The notes beneath the pieces were generated by a model. The model worked only from the letters and a program-made list of their open reading frames with translations. It had not been told where the DNA came from and made no database searches. A DNA stretch of 64,000 bases from Candidatus Eremiobacteria bacterium (lineage in GTDB: Bacteria; Vulcanimicrobiota; Vulcanimicrobiia; Vulcanimicrobiales; Vulcanimicrobiaceae). The translations under genes were made by a program, and so were the position numbers. This document shows, piece after piece, positions 20,563 to 31,101 of this stretch. Each line of letters begins with the position of its first letter. The first letter of the stretch is position 1. The stretch covers positions 864,001-928,000 of the forward strand of contig CAVTRC010000001.1 of the NCBI GenBank assembly GCA_963737065.1. Reading direction: 5' to 3'.

Positions 20563-20612
20563 CGGCGCAGCCAGACGATGTCGAAAGACGCGTGGCTGCG
20601 CCGAACCTTTTT
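20563..20612 (+). terminator. Probable intrinsic terminator
   Basis: 11-bp stem CGGCGCAGCCA/TGGCTGCGCCG with inner GTC-GAAA-GAC, followed by AACCTTTTT. Confidence 0.55.
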
Positions 20613-20710
20613 AGCGGTTGCGTCTCGCCGGGGCGATTGTTATCTAATTCGCCTTCAAAAGCCAACTCGAAGTCGAGAATGTGTCGTTCCGTGGCGAAAT
20701 GCGAGTCGTT

Positions 20711-21229
20711 ATGGCCGATCCTATGAAGCCGGAATTCACCGCAGCGAACCCGATCGTCGAGGCTGCTTCCCGGATCCGTGCACGGCGCGACTTGGAGAGC
20801 GTCATCGACGCTGACAGCGGGGAAACGGTTGCGCGTAAGCCGGAAGACGCCGAAGAATCGCTGCGCCTCTTCGCGCGCAATCTGCTCGATGGCGCGAAGC
20901 GACTGAACTCAATACTTGGCCCCAACGCGGTGCGAGTCGTTACCGTCGAGAAACCGTTGCGCCTGCGGGTTCGCTTCGGTGAAAAACGCATCTCACTCGA
21001 ACTCGAAGAGGTGCAGCAGTTAGTGCGTATCGCCGGGGCGGGCCTCGACGGCGAATATCAATTCGACTTGAGCGCACCCGTGCCGGCGCTGATCAATCTG
21101 TCGAAGATTTCGACTGAAGCCGGCTACGGCGAAGCAATCACCGCTTCGTTTTTGCTGAAGCGCGTTGCTCAGGACGCCGAATTACCGCGACCGGCTCACC
21201 TCGACAATTCCGGTCCGCTACAGTTCTAG
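20711..21229 (+). CDS. Hypothetical protein
   Basis: Protein-like composition and codon usage; fills the intergenic space; no motif recognised. Confidence 0.7.
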   Translation: MADPMKPEFTAANPIVEAASRIRARRDLESVIDADSGETVARKPEDAEESLRLFARNLLDGAKRLNSILGPNAVRVVTVEKPLRLRVRFGEKRISLELEEVQQLVRIAGAGLDGEYQFDLSAPVPALINLSKISTEAGYGEAITASFLLKRVAQDAELPRPAHLDNSGPLQF

Positions 21230-21268
21230 GGATGAGCCAATCGCGGCCGCTGGGGTTGAAGCGCTCCG

Positions 21269-22027
21269 CTAACGCTTCGCGCCGCCGCGCTTTGCGCGCG
21301 CGGACGCCGGCTTCGCACCTCGGCCGTCCCGGCCCGCTGGAACTTTTGCGCGTGCGGCGTTCATTTTCGCGATGATCGGCGGTGTCGGACAGAGTTCGTT
21401 CACGGGGCACTGCGCGCATAGCGGTGTCGGCGCTTTGCAGATCGCGCGGCCGTGCAGAATCAGCCAATGGCTTACGAGCCGCCATTTATCCCGCGCGACG
21501 AGTTGGGTGAGATCTTCTTCCACGTGACGCGGCGTCTTCCCGAGTGTCAATCCTAGACGATGCGCAACGCGAAACACATGCGTATCAACCGCAATCGCGG
21601 CTTCTTGAAACGCGACCGACATCACGACGTTGGCGGTCTTTCTTCCGACGCCCGCAAGGCTCTCCAATTGCTCGCGTTCCCGCGGAACTTCGCCGCCGTA
21701 ATTTTCGTGCAGTTCTCGCGCGGCGCTGATGATGCTCTTCGTCTTCATGCGGAAGAAGCCGGCCGATTTGATCGTCTGCTCCACGTCCTGCGGATCGGCG
21801 TTGGCGAGCCGTTCCGGCGTCGGATATTTAGAGAAGAGAATCGGGGTGACGGTGTTCACGCGCGCGTCGGTGGTCTGCGCCGAGAGAATTACGGCGATGA
21901 GTAACTCAAACGTGTTTCGATATTCGAGCGCGGTCACCGCGTGCGGATAGGCGCGTTCCAGCATCGCTAACTCGCGTTGCGCGACGTCGCGCGGAACCTT
22001 CTTCTTGGGGAACGGTATCGTGGCCAT
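21269..22027 (-). CDS. nth: Endonuclease III
   Basis: LSAQTTD; HhH LAGVGRKTANVV; VDTHV; Fe-S motif C-x6-C-x2-C-x5-C. Confidence 0.96.
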   Translation of the reverse strand: MATIPFPKKKVPRDVAQRELAMLERAYPHAVTALEYRNTFELLIAVILSAQTTDARVNTVTPILFSKYPTPERLANADPQDVEQTIKSAGFFRMKTKSIISAARELHENYGGEVPREREQLESLAGVGRKTANVVMSVAFQEAAIAVDTHVFRVAHRLGLTLGKTPRHVEEDLTQLVARDKWRLVSHWLILHGRAICKAPTPLCAQCPVNELCPTPPIIAKMNAARAKVPAGRDGRGAKPASARAKRGGAKR

Positions 22028-22071
22028 CGCTGCGAGCAGTGTTTTACCGGCCGCTTCCGAACCCTTGCCGC

Positions 22072-23343
22072 GTGACGACGTTCGGCAGCCCCGCCGCAGC
22101 GAATGCCAGGGCGATCGATCTCCGCGCGCAGGGTAAATTGCGCGAAGCGATCGACATCTTCCGCGCCGCGACGGCACAATTTCCTTCGATACCCGCGCTG
22201 CATCAGAATCTTGCCCAGTCACTTTACGAAGCGGGCGACAACGCGGGCGCGATCGCCGAACATCGTCGCGTTATCGCGCTGGACTCACGCAACGTTGCGT
22301 CCAATCTCGCGCTCTACGAGTTGCTGCAAATCGCGGGCGATCGCGCGCTGGCGCTCGCGCATCAGCGTCTCGCGCTCGAGGAACAGCGTCTCTTTTCTCA
22401 TGTCGCGCCGCGCGAAGCGCGCGCGGTGCTGCTGCTTTTAGCGCCCGGCGACTGGCAGACCAATATCCCTGCGGACTTTCTCTTCGATCGAGAAACGACG
22501 ACCGTCCACAAGCTGTATCTCCTCGACGAGCAATATCTTCAACGCGATCAGTTTCCGCGCTACGAAATCATGTGGAATGCGATCGCGGAATCGCCGGATG
22601 CCCTCGGACATCTCGAACTTGCTGCGCACATTATGGCGTCGCAAGACAGACCGGCCTTGAACGATCCGCGCAAGGTTATTGCGACGTCGCGGCTGCGGTT
22701 GGCCGACACGCTTCGCCACACCGACGCGCGCGTTCCGCATGTGCGCGAGGTGCGACGCTACGACCTCGAACGCGGCGACCCGGGCGTTCCGTTCCCGCTT
22801 ATCGCGCGGCCGGCAGGTTCGCATGCGGGCGCGGGACTCGCTCGTCTTTCGTCGTCGAACGAGTGCAGCGAGTATGTCGCTGCGAACGAAGCGCAAACGT
22901 ACTATGTCACCGCGTTCGTCGATTATTCCAGCGCCGACGAGTTCTTTCGAAAATATCGCGTCGTGTTCGTCGACGGGCGCCCGTACCCGGTTCATCTCGC
23001 CATCTCGCCGAACTGGATGATTCACTACTACAATGCACCAATGGCCGAGAATGAATGGATGCGCGATGAGGAAGCGGCGTTTCTTCGCGACCTTCACTGC
23101 GTGTTCGACGGAGCAAGAAACGAAACGCTTCAATCCGTCGCTGCCGCCGTCGGTCTAGAGTATTTTGGAATCGATTGCTCGATAGACCGCGATGGGCGCG
23201 TGCTAATTTTTGAAGCGGATCCGGCGATGCTCGTTCACAGCAGCGATCCGCCGGAGCTCTATCCGTACAAAACACAATACGTCCCGCGCATCTATCGCGC
23301 GGTGGAGGAGATGCTCGACCGGCGCCGAGCGGCCAGCATGTAG
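22072..23343 (+). CDS. TPR plus ATP-grasp-fold protein of unknown function
   Basis: N-terminal TPR-like helices; FPLIARPAGSHAG, RKYR, YFGIDC and LIFEAD (RimK/GshB-like ATP-grasp pattern); start uncertain (22039 or 22072). Confidence 0.75.
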   Translation: MTTFGSPAAANARAIDLRAQGKLREAIDIFRAATAQFPSIPALHQNLAQSLYEAGDNAGAIAEHRRVIALDSRNVASNLALYELLQIAGDRALALAHQRLALEEQRLFSHVAPREARAVLLLLAPGDWQTNIPADFLFDRETTTVHKLYLLDEQYLQRDQFPRYEIMWNAIAESPDALGHLELAAHIMASQDRPALNDPRKVIATSRLRLADTLRHTDARVPHVREVRRYDLERGDPGVPFPLIARPAGSHAGAGLARLSSSNECSEYVAANEAQTYYVTAFVDYSSADEFFRKYRVVFVDGRPYPVHLAISPNWMIHYYNAPMAENEWMRDEEAAFLRDLHCVFDGARNETLQSVAAAVGLEYFGIDCSIDRDGRVLIFEADPAMLVHSSDPPELYPYKTQYVPRIYRAVEEMLDRRRAASM

Positions 23344-23374
23344 ATCTCCTGGTCCGATTCCGAGCCGTCGCGCA

Positions 23375-24614
23375 CTACGATTCGGCTATCGGACGCTGAG
23401 CGGCGTCCGGTAAGCGGCTCGCGAGCGCGAGCATGGCACACGCGAAGACCAGTGAAATCGCAAACGTCCACAGTAAAGCACGCTGCAGCGGCGCGCCCGC
23501 TTCGTGTGCGACCGTCACCGGCACGCCGCACAGAAAAATACCAATGCAACTTCCGAGTGATCCGGCGAGCACCGTGGCCGACGATACTGTGCCTTCCGAA
23601 CCGTCGGGCGATCCGGCAAGCGAAGAGAGTGTGAGCGTCGAGAAGCTTATCCCGATTCCCGTTCCAGCAACTGCCCACGCCATGTATGCGAATATGACCG
23701 GCGCGCCCGCGACAACGCAGAGCAACGTCCCAAGCGCAACGATGCCGAACGCGGCACCAGTGCTCACGATTGCACGCGTGCCGATCGCCGATAACAGCCG
23801 CGGCTGTGCGCTGCTGCCGATGCTCCATCCGATAACGCCGAGCGTTATGCAAACGCCGGCAAGTGCCAACGTTTGTCCACGCACCGACGTCAGCAACAAC
23901 GAGACGTACGCGTCCGCTCCGAAAAATGCTGCTTGGAGCAACGCGAACTCTACTATCGAAACATTCCTGCGGCCTCGCAACATCAACGTATCGCGCGACA
24001 ATAACATCCGGATCGCTCCGAGAGGGTCCGACTGTGAGCGAGACATTGCCATGCCGCGCAACGATGGCAGAACGAGTGCCGCCGACAGTAAGACGAGCGG
24101 AATGAACATCGCGAACACCGCCCGCCATCCGAACGCGGCAGCAATAAACGCACCGAGCGCGGGTCCGATCAGTCCGGGGACGAGCCACATCGCGGATGTC
24201 CAGGCAAACATACGCGGACGCATGCGCTCGGGGAACAGTTTTGCAATGGCTGCAAGCGAAACCGCATAATCCAATCCGCCTCCGAATCCTTCGATTGCGC
24301 GCGCGCCGACGAAGAAGCTCATCGTCGGCGCAAGCATCGACGCAAGCAAACCGACGAGCGTCAATGCAAACGCAAGCCCAAGCGCGCGTCGCAGTGCCGT
24401 ACCGGTCCGCGAACGGCCCTGCAAACGACATCGAGATCAGGCTGGCGCCATAGAGCGCCGCCGGTGCGAACCCGTAGAGACTGATGCCATGCAAGTCCGC
24501 CGCAATGCGCGGCATGACGGTCGTTACGATCAGCGACTGCGTGGCAGCCGTGAATTCCGCTACAAGAAGGCCGGCCGCCACGCGTCCGCGGCGGCCGGCA
24601 AAGAGCTCGAACAT
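23375..24614 (-). pseudogene. MFS transporter, frameshifted near 24395
   Basis: N-terminal part ...GPFADRYG joins LRRALGL...GARAIEGFGGG after removing one base. Confidence 0.8.
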
Positions 24615-24638
24615 TCTTCGACTCGCTCGGGACAGCTG

Positions 24639-26649
24639 CTAGTGCAAGTATTTTGCGATCCAGTCGACCCACCGGCGCAAAACGTCTTGCGAGCGAACCG
24701 GATCGCCGGGGAAATGCCCTGCGACCGGATACGCCCAAAACTCCACCGTCGTTCCGCGATCTTTCAACGCATGAAAGAACTTGTACGATTGCGTGATCGG
24801 CACGCGGGAATCGTTCACGTCGCTCATAATGAGCGTCGGCGTCGTCACATCCCAAGCGGCATTGATCGGCGACTCCTCGACGTAGAGTTTCTCAAGGCCC
24901 TTGGTATACGGCGAACCGCCCATCGCGTAACGATACTCGACACCGTTATCCGCGAGTGCATATTCATCAGTGAGATCGTTCACCGCAGCGCCCGAAACGG
25001 CGGTCTTCCAAACATGATAATGCCCGATGAGCCACGACGTCATGTAGCCGCCGTACGACCAGCCCGGAGACGGCGACGCGCGCCCGGTCGATGGGATACG
25101 CTTTTTCGACCGAGGCGACTCCCGCCATGACGTCGCGTCCGGGTCCTGCCCCCGCATCCTTTGTAATCGCATACCAGTACTTCGCGCCGAGATTATCACT
25201 GCCGCGATAGTTGGGATTGAACACGATGTACCCGCGCGCCGCGAGCAATTGATTGCTCGCGCTAAAACCCGTAATCGAAGCAGAGTTCGGACCGCCGTGA
25301 ATCACGAGCACCAGCGGATATGTCTTCGACGGATCGTACGACGGCGGCAGCGTCAGCGTTCCATCCTCTTGGAAGCCTTCGTTCGTCCACGCGATGGTCT
25401 TCACTGCGCCGAGCGACAGGGAGGCGATGCCGTCGTTGAACGACGTTACGCGTTGCGGTGCCGCGCGTGCAGACTCCATGTAATACAACTCGCCCGGGCG
25501 ACCCGCTTGGCTTCCGACGAATGCGATCGCACCGGTTTTCGCGATCGATGCATCGAGCGAAAACGCTTGCGTGGGCTGCACGCTGCCGAGATCGACACGC
25601 TTCGCCGGCCCATCGAGCGGCTTGATCCACAGCGCTGCATCCGTGCCCTTGTCTCCGGAGACGAGAAGCGATTTCCCGTCGGGCATCCACATCGCGCGCT
25701 GCACGTTCGTGTCGATCTCCGTTGCTGTAACGTCGACGCCGTTCCCGCCTGAGGCCGGCGCGACGTCGATATCGTTGACCGCCGCCGGATCGCCGTTGTT
25801 CGGATACCGGTAGGCAATGTTCTTTCCGTCCGGCGACCACTCACCGAAGCCTTCGAGCCGGCCGTGTTGCGTCAGCGTTCGAATCACTTTACTGTCGACG
25901 TCGAGGATGGCAACGACGGCTCGATCCGAATCGGCGTCGAATGCGTTCGGCATGCGCGTGAAGCAAATGTACTTGCCGTCGGGCGACCACGAGAGCGGCG
26001 GTCCCGGCGGTTGGGCGGCGCGCGCTTGGAACGCTCCACGTCCCTTCCGTCAAGCGACGATCGTTGTTTCCGTCTGCATCGACGAGCCAAATGTGGTTGC
26101 TCGCGGGCGCTTCACGTTCGTTATACGCTTGGTCGCCAACGACAAATGCGTCGAGATGTTTTTTTCTTGCTTTTTCGTCGGCGCGTTTGTCGGGCGCGAC
26201 GTACGCGATCGCTTTGCCGTCCGGACGCCACGCGAATTGCGCAACGCCTTCCGGTGCATTCGTAATGGCGACGGGATCGCCGCCGCGAAAGTCCATCACG
26301 TAGATTTGCTGGTGCGCATCGTCGCCGCTGCCGCGGCGCGCTAAGAACGCAAGGCGGTCGCCCGCCGGCGAAAACGCCGGCGACGAAAGTTCTTTGCGTT
26401 CGAAGGTCACCGCGCGCGATATTTTCGTGGCGACGTCATAGATGTCGATCTCGCGATCGAACGTATCGTCTTTCATGTTCGATCGCGAGACGACGTACGC
26501 GATCGACTTTCCATCGGGCGCGATCGTTGCACTCGTTACGCTCACGATCTTCGGCAGATCGTCGAGCGTAAACGTACGAGTCGCAGCCGGTGCATTCGCC
26601 GGGACAACGAGCGCGAGCGCGAGCGCCGCTAAGAGATATGCTTGTTCAT
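24639..26649 (-). pseudogene. S9 family peptidase with signal peptide and propeller; about 3 frameshifts
   Basis: SPDG repeats; HGGP; NYRGS; GWSYGG split at CCC 25063-25065; DSRV and GH; other shifts near 26010 and 26645. Confidence 0.85.
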
Positions 26650-26659
26650 TTGCGCGATC

Positions 26660-28653
26660 CTACTTCAGATATTTGTCGAGCCACGCGAGCCAGCGTTTGT
26701 AGACGTCTTCACTGCGCACCGGATCGGAGGGGAAATGGCCGGCCACCGGATACGCCACGAACTGTACCTCGGTGCCGTTGTCCTTCAGCGCGTGATACAT
26801 CTTGAACGAGTTCGTAATCGTGACGTTGTTGTCGCCGATGTCGCCCATCAGCAGAGTCGGCGCCTTGGCGTGCGGCGGCATATGTGATCGGCGACTGCTC
26901 GCGCCATTCCGCGGTATTTCCCGGCTTCCACGGCTTTCCGTGGAAGAACGGCACGTCGGTGTCGTAGTAGAACGCGATGTTGTAGTCGTCGAGCCAATCA
27001 TCGAGCGACGCGCCGCTCACGGCGGCTTTCCACACGTTGGGATAGTTACCGATGAGCCACGACGTCATGTAACCGCCGTAAGACCAGCCGGAAACCCCGA
27101 TACGGCCGGTATCGACGGGAAACCGCCGTTCTACGCGCGCGAGGCCCGCCATGACGTCTTTGCCCGGGCCGTCGCCCGCGTCGTTCGTGATCGCATGTTG
27201 ATACGCGTCGCCGAGATTCGTGCTGCCGCGATAGTTCGGCGAAAACACGAAGTAGCCGTGAGACGCAAAGATCTGTCGCTGCGAACTCCATGCCGTCGTC
27301 GACGAGCCTTGCGGTCCGCCATGGATGAGCAACACCAGCGGCGCCTTTCCGCCGGTATAGTGCAACGGATACGTGAGCACGCCGTCTTCCGCGAAGCTTC
27401 CCTTCGTCGAATGCCAATCGACCGCAACCGCACGCGCAACGCCGGTATGCGCGACGAACGCGTTTTCGTTCGTGAGTTGCACCGGCTTGGCGTTCGGAGC
27501 GCGAAGCGCGTACACTTCGCCGGGTTTATCGTTGGAAGAGGCAACGAAAACCAACGTTCCGTTCTTTGAAGTGTTTCCGAGAGACTGCGCATTGAGCGCG
27601 CCGATGTCGGCGCGCACCACCTTGCGTCCGAGCGGCCAATACCACAGCGCGAGCTGCGTGCGATCGGGGGTCGCGATCCATATGCCGTCACCCGAACTGC
27701 TCCACGACATCTCATCGACGTTGCGGTCGAGCGCCGAGCGTAGGTCGGCAACGCGATGGCCGCGCCGGTCGGTAACGTAGATGTCGACGCCTTGCGTGTA
27801 ATCGCCGCCGGTGTTGCGAGCATACGCGATCCGAGTCGCCCCGCGGCGCGAACGCCGGCGAATTCTCCATCGATTGACCGGGCGTCAGACGATCGATCCG
27901 TCCCGCTCGACGCATTGACGAGAACTTCGTACGATGCAAGCGAATCGCCGATGAACGGCGTCGGCCGGTGATCGATCGCAATCTGCGTGCTGTCCGGCGA
28001 CCATGAGACGCTGCCGCCGTCATCCGGCTCCAAATCCGCGACGCTCCAGCTTCCCGCTCGTCAACCGGCGATTGTCACGCCCGTCCGCATCGATGACCCA
28101 CAAGTGCGCGGGCGGCGTCGCCTCGCGATGGAGATAGTCGTTGTCGTGAACTTGGAACGCGTCGAGATTTTTCTCGCCGTCCGGTTTCTTCCGTTCTTCG
28201 TCCTGCGCCGTGTACGCGAAACGCTTTCCGTCCGGACTCCATTCGAACGAGATCACGCCGCGTTTTGCATGCGTGATCTGATGCGCTTCGCCGCCGTCCA
28301 TCGGAAGAACGAAGATCTGAGATTGCGGATCTTTCTCATCCGCGTCCAGCGCCGAAAAAGCGATCGCTTTTCCGTCGGGCGACCACGCCGGATCGGATAC
28401 GGCTTTTCGATCCCATGTCAATTGCCGGCTGCGACGCGTTCGCACATCGACGATAACCAATTGCCGGTCCGTCCGGTCTTTCTCGAAATCCTGACGTCCG
28501 CGAACATATACGACTCGCGTGCCGTCCGGTGAGATGCGCGGCTGCGACACGGAAACGAATACGCCGCGCATCGGAAAAGTCGAACGCTAGTGCGGGAAGC
28601 GCACCGGCCGCCAGTGCAAACGCGGCGGCGATGGAGAGAGAACGCATGCGCAT
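26660..28653 (-). pseudogene. S9 family peptidase (paralog); about 5 frameshifts
   Basis: Signal peptide; SPDG repeats; HGGP; GWSYGG; GHFP; shifts near 28565, 28050, 27900, 27835 and 26875. Confidence 0.85.
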
Positions 28654-28668
28654 CTCCTTCTCTGCGTG

Positions 28669-29582
28669 CTATTCACGAAGGCTGATCTGGGCGCCGTCGC
28701 GAGCGACGAGGCCATCGCGTTCCAGTATTGCAACGAGTTCTTCGACATCCTTCACCGTACGGTTTCGAAGAACCGGCCGCAGATCGCGATGCAAGTCCAA
28801 AAGCGAAATGCGTTCGCCGGGGGAAAGGTTGCGCAAGCGGTCGACGATTCGCCCGCGCGCAAAGCGCGTCGTCGCTTCAAACGGAATCGCGTTCTGCGGC
28901 GACGCCTTCTTTGCGTGGCGGCGGCGCAGTTCGTCCAAGACGGAGCGCTCGATCGGCGCAGCAGCGCAGTGCGCGCTGCAGCGGACAAAGCAAACACTTC
29001 GGCGCTCGCGCAGTGCAGATCGCTGGCGCCGAGATCCATCATCGCGGAGTTCCAGTCGTGACCGCCGTCTGCCGGCACGAGTTTACTCGCGCGTTCGTCC
29101 AGTTCGCGCGGCGATGCGATAACCGGATGCTCGAGGCCGAAGAACAGGCGATGGACGATGCGCCGGATATTCGTGTCGATCGGTGCGATCGCCGCGTCGT
29201 ACCCGAACGAAGCGATGGCCGCAGCGGTGTACGGCCCGATGCCCGCGAGCGAACGTAATTCACCGTCGTCGTGCGGGATCGTCCCCCCGAAGTGGTCGCA
29301 TACCGCAACAGCGACCTCGAGTAGCCGTACGGCGCGCGAGTTGTATCCGAGTCCCTGCCACAGACGTAAGACGTCGCCCGTCGTTGCGGCCCCCAGGGCG
29401 CGGATCGTGGGAAATCGCTCGATGAATTCCTTGAACTTCGGCACGACGCGGTCGACCTGCGTTTGCTGCAGCATGAATTCGCTCACGAGCGTGTAGTATG
29501 GGTCGCGCACGGTGCGCCACGGGAGATCAAACCGCCCGTGACGCGCATACCACGCCAGTAAATCGCGGCGGATTGCAATCAC
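28669..29582 (-). pseudogene. mutY: A/G-specific adenine glycosylase; about 2 frameshifts
   Basis: LPWR; VSEFMLQQTQV; GLGY; GIGPYTA; MDLGA then CTARAPKCLLCP in another frame (shifts near 29022 and 28975). Confidence 0.88.
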
Positions 29583-31045
29583 GACCGCAGCGTCGAAATC
29601 GCGGTGCCGATTCGGCGGATCCCTTCGGCGATTTCGTTGCGCGCGACCGCCGTGAGCGCCAAACGGAAGTGGTGATCGCCGCCGGAATCCGCAAAAAACG
29701 CTTCGCCGAAGAGAAATGACGCTCCGTACCGCTCGGCAACGTCGAGCAGCGCACGCGCCCGTACTTCGCGCGGCGTCGCGGCCCATAGATAAAAGCCGCC
29801 CGCCGCGCCAATCGCTCGAACGCCCGCGGGCCAATGCTTTGCGATCGCCTCGTCGGCGAGCTTGCGCCGCAGCAACAATTCTTCATGCAGCTGCACGATG
29901 TGCGCGTCGTATCCGCGTTCTAAATAATCGACGATTGCCGCTTGCACGTATAAACTCGTCGCCATATCGTACGCTTGTTTGCGGAGCAGCAACCGCTCGA
30001 GAATCATGCGCGGCGCGGCAAGCCACCCTACCCGCAAACTCGGTGCAATTGTTTTGGAGAACGTCGAAAGATAGACGACATGATCGGGCGCAAGCGCGAC
30101 GAGCGGCGGCAACGCATGGTGCGCGAGCGGTCCGTACGGATCGTCTTCCACGATCGGCACGCCGGCACGACGCGCGATGGTCGCGAGCCGCTCGCGCCGG
30201 TCGGCGTTCATCGTTACGTTCGTCGGGTTATGGAGCGAGGGCATCGTGTAGATGAACCGAGGGCGCCGCGTGCGCAAGATCGCCTCTACATGATCGACGC
30301 GCATGCCGTCTTCATCGACGGGGACCGGTATTGCGCGCAGCCCGTTGATTTGGAAAATTTGCAGCGCGCCCGGATATGACGGCGATTCAACGATGATCTC
30401 GTCACCCGGTTCGGCGAGCGACTGTGCGACAATCATGATCCCTTGCGTTGAGCCGGTGAGGACGATCACGTTCTTCGGCGCCATGCCGCTCGCGCCGCGC
30501 GCGCTCATGCGCGACGCGATCGCTTGACGTAACGGTTCGTATCCTTCCGAGTCGCCATAGGACAACACGAACCGCGGATCGCGCGCGACGCGTTCAAACG
30601 ACTGCGCGAGTTCGCCGAGCGGCGACGGTTCGTCCGGCGCAACGCCTTGCACGAATGAAATGCGTCCCGGCTCTTGTTTCGCCGCGAGCTCGCCGAGAAT
30701 GTTCGGAAATTCGCCGACTCGCCACGGCGGCAGCGTGATCCACCACGGAACGCCCGCGGTGCGCGCCGGTTGCCCGCCCCGCAGTTGCGGAACGACGCGT
30801 GACCCGGACCCGACGCGCTGTTCGATCAATCCGTCCGCGACCAACTCGCGATACGCGTGCACGATCGTGCTTCGGTTGACGTTCAGCCGTTCAGCGAGCG
30901 TGCGCTCCGGCGGGAGGCGCGTCGACTCCGGAAGCGTGCCGGCGAGAATCGCCTCGCGCAGGTGCTCGTAGATTTGCCGGTAGAGCGGTACAATAGACTC
31001 GCGTTCTAGCTGAGGGAGAACGCCTGACCATCCAATTTTTGCCAT
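29579..31045 (-). CDS. MocR/GabR-family regulator (GntR HTH plus PLP aminotransferase domain)
   Basis: PLYRQIY...LPPER.LA...VNRSTI..AY; HNPT; EDDPY; TFSKTIAPSLRVGW. Confidence 0.93.
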   Translation of the reverse strand: MAKIGWSGVLPQLERESIVPLYRQIYEHLREAILAGTLPESTRLPPERTLAERLNVNRSTIVHAYRELVADGLIEQRVGSGSRVVPQLRGGQPARTAGVPWWITLPPWRVGEFPNILGELAAKQEPGRISFVQGVAPDEPSPLGELAQSFERVARDPRFVLSYGDSEGYEPLRQAIASRMSARGASGMAPKNVIVLTGSTQGIMIVAQSLAEPGDEIIVESPSYPGALQIFQINGLRAIPVPVDEDGMRVDHVEAILRTRRPRFIYTMPSLHNPTNVTMNADRRERLATIARRAGVPIVEDDPYGPLAHHALPPLVALAPDHVVYLSTFSKTIAPSLRVGWLAAPRMILERLLLRKQAYDMATSLYVQAAIVDYLERGYDAHIVQLHEELLLRRKLADEAIAKHWPAGVRAIGAAGGFYLWAATPREVRARALLDVAERYGASFLFGEAFFADSGGDHHFRLALTAVARNEIAEGIRRIGTAISTLRS

Positions 31046-31101
31046 GGATGGCAGTCCATTTTCGGTAAAACGTATGCCAACGCTTGCCGACCACTGAATT
31101 G

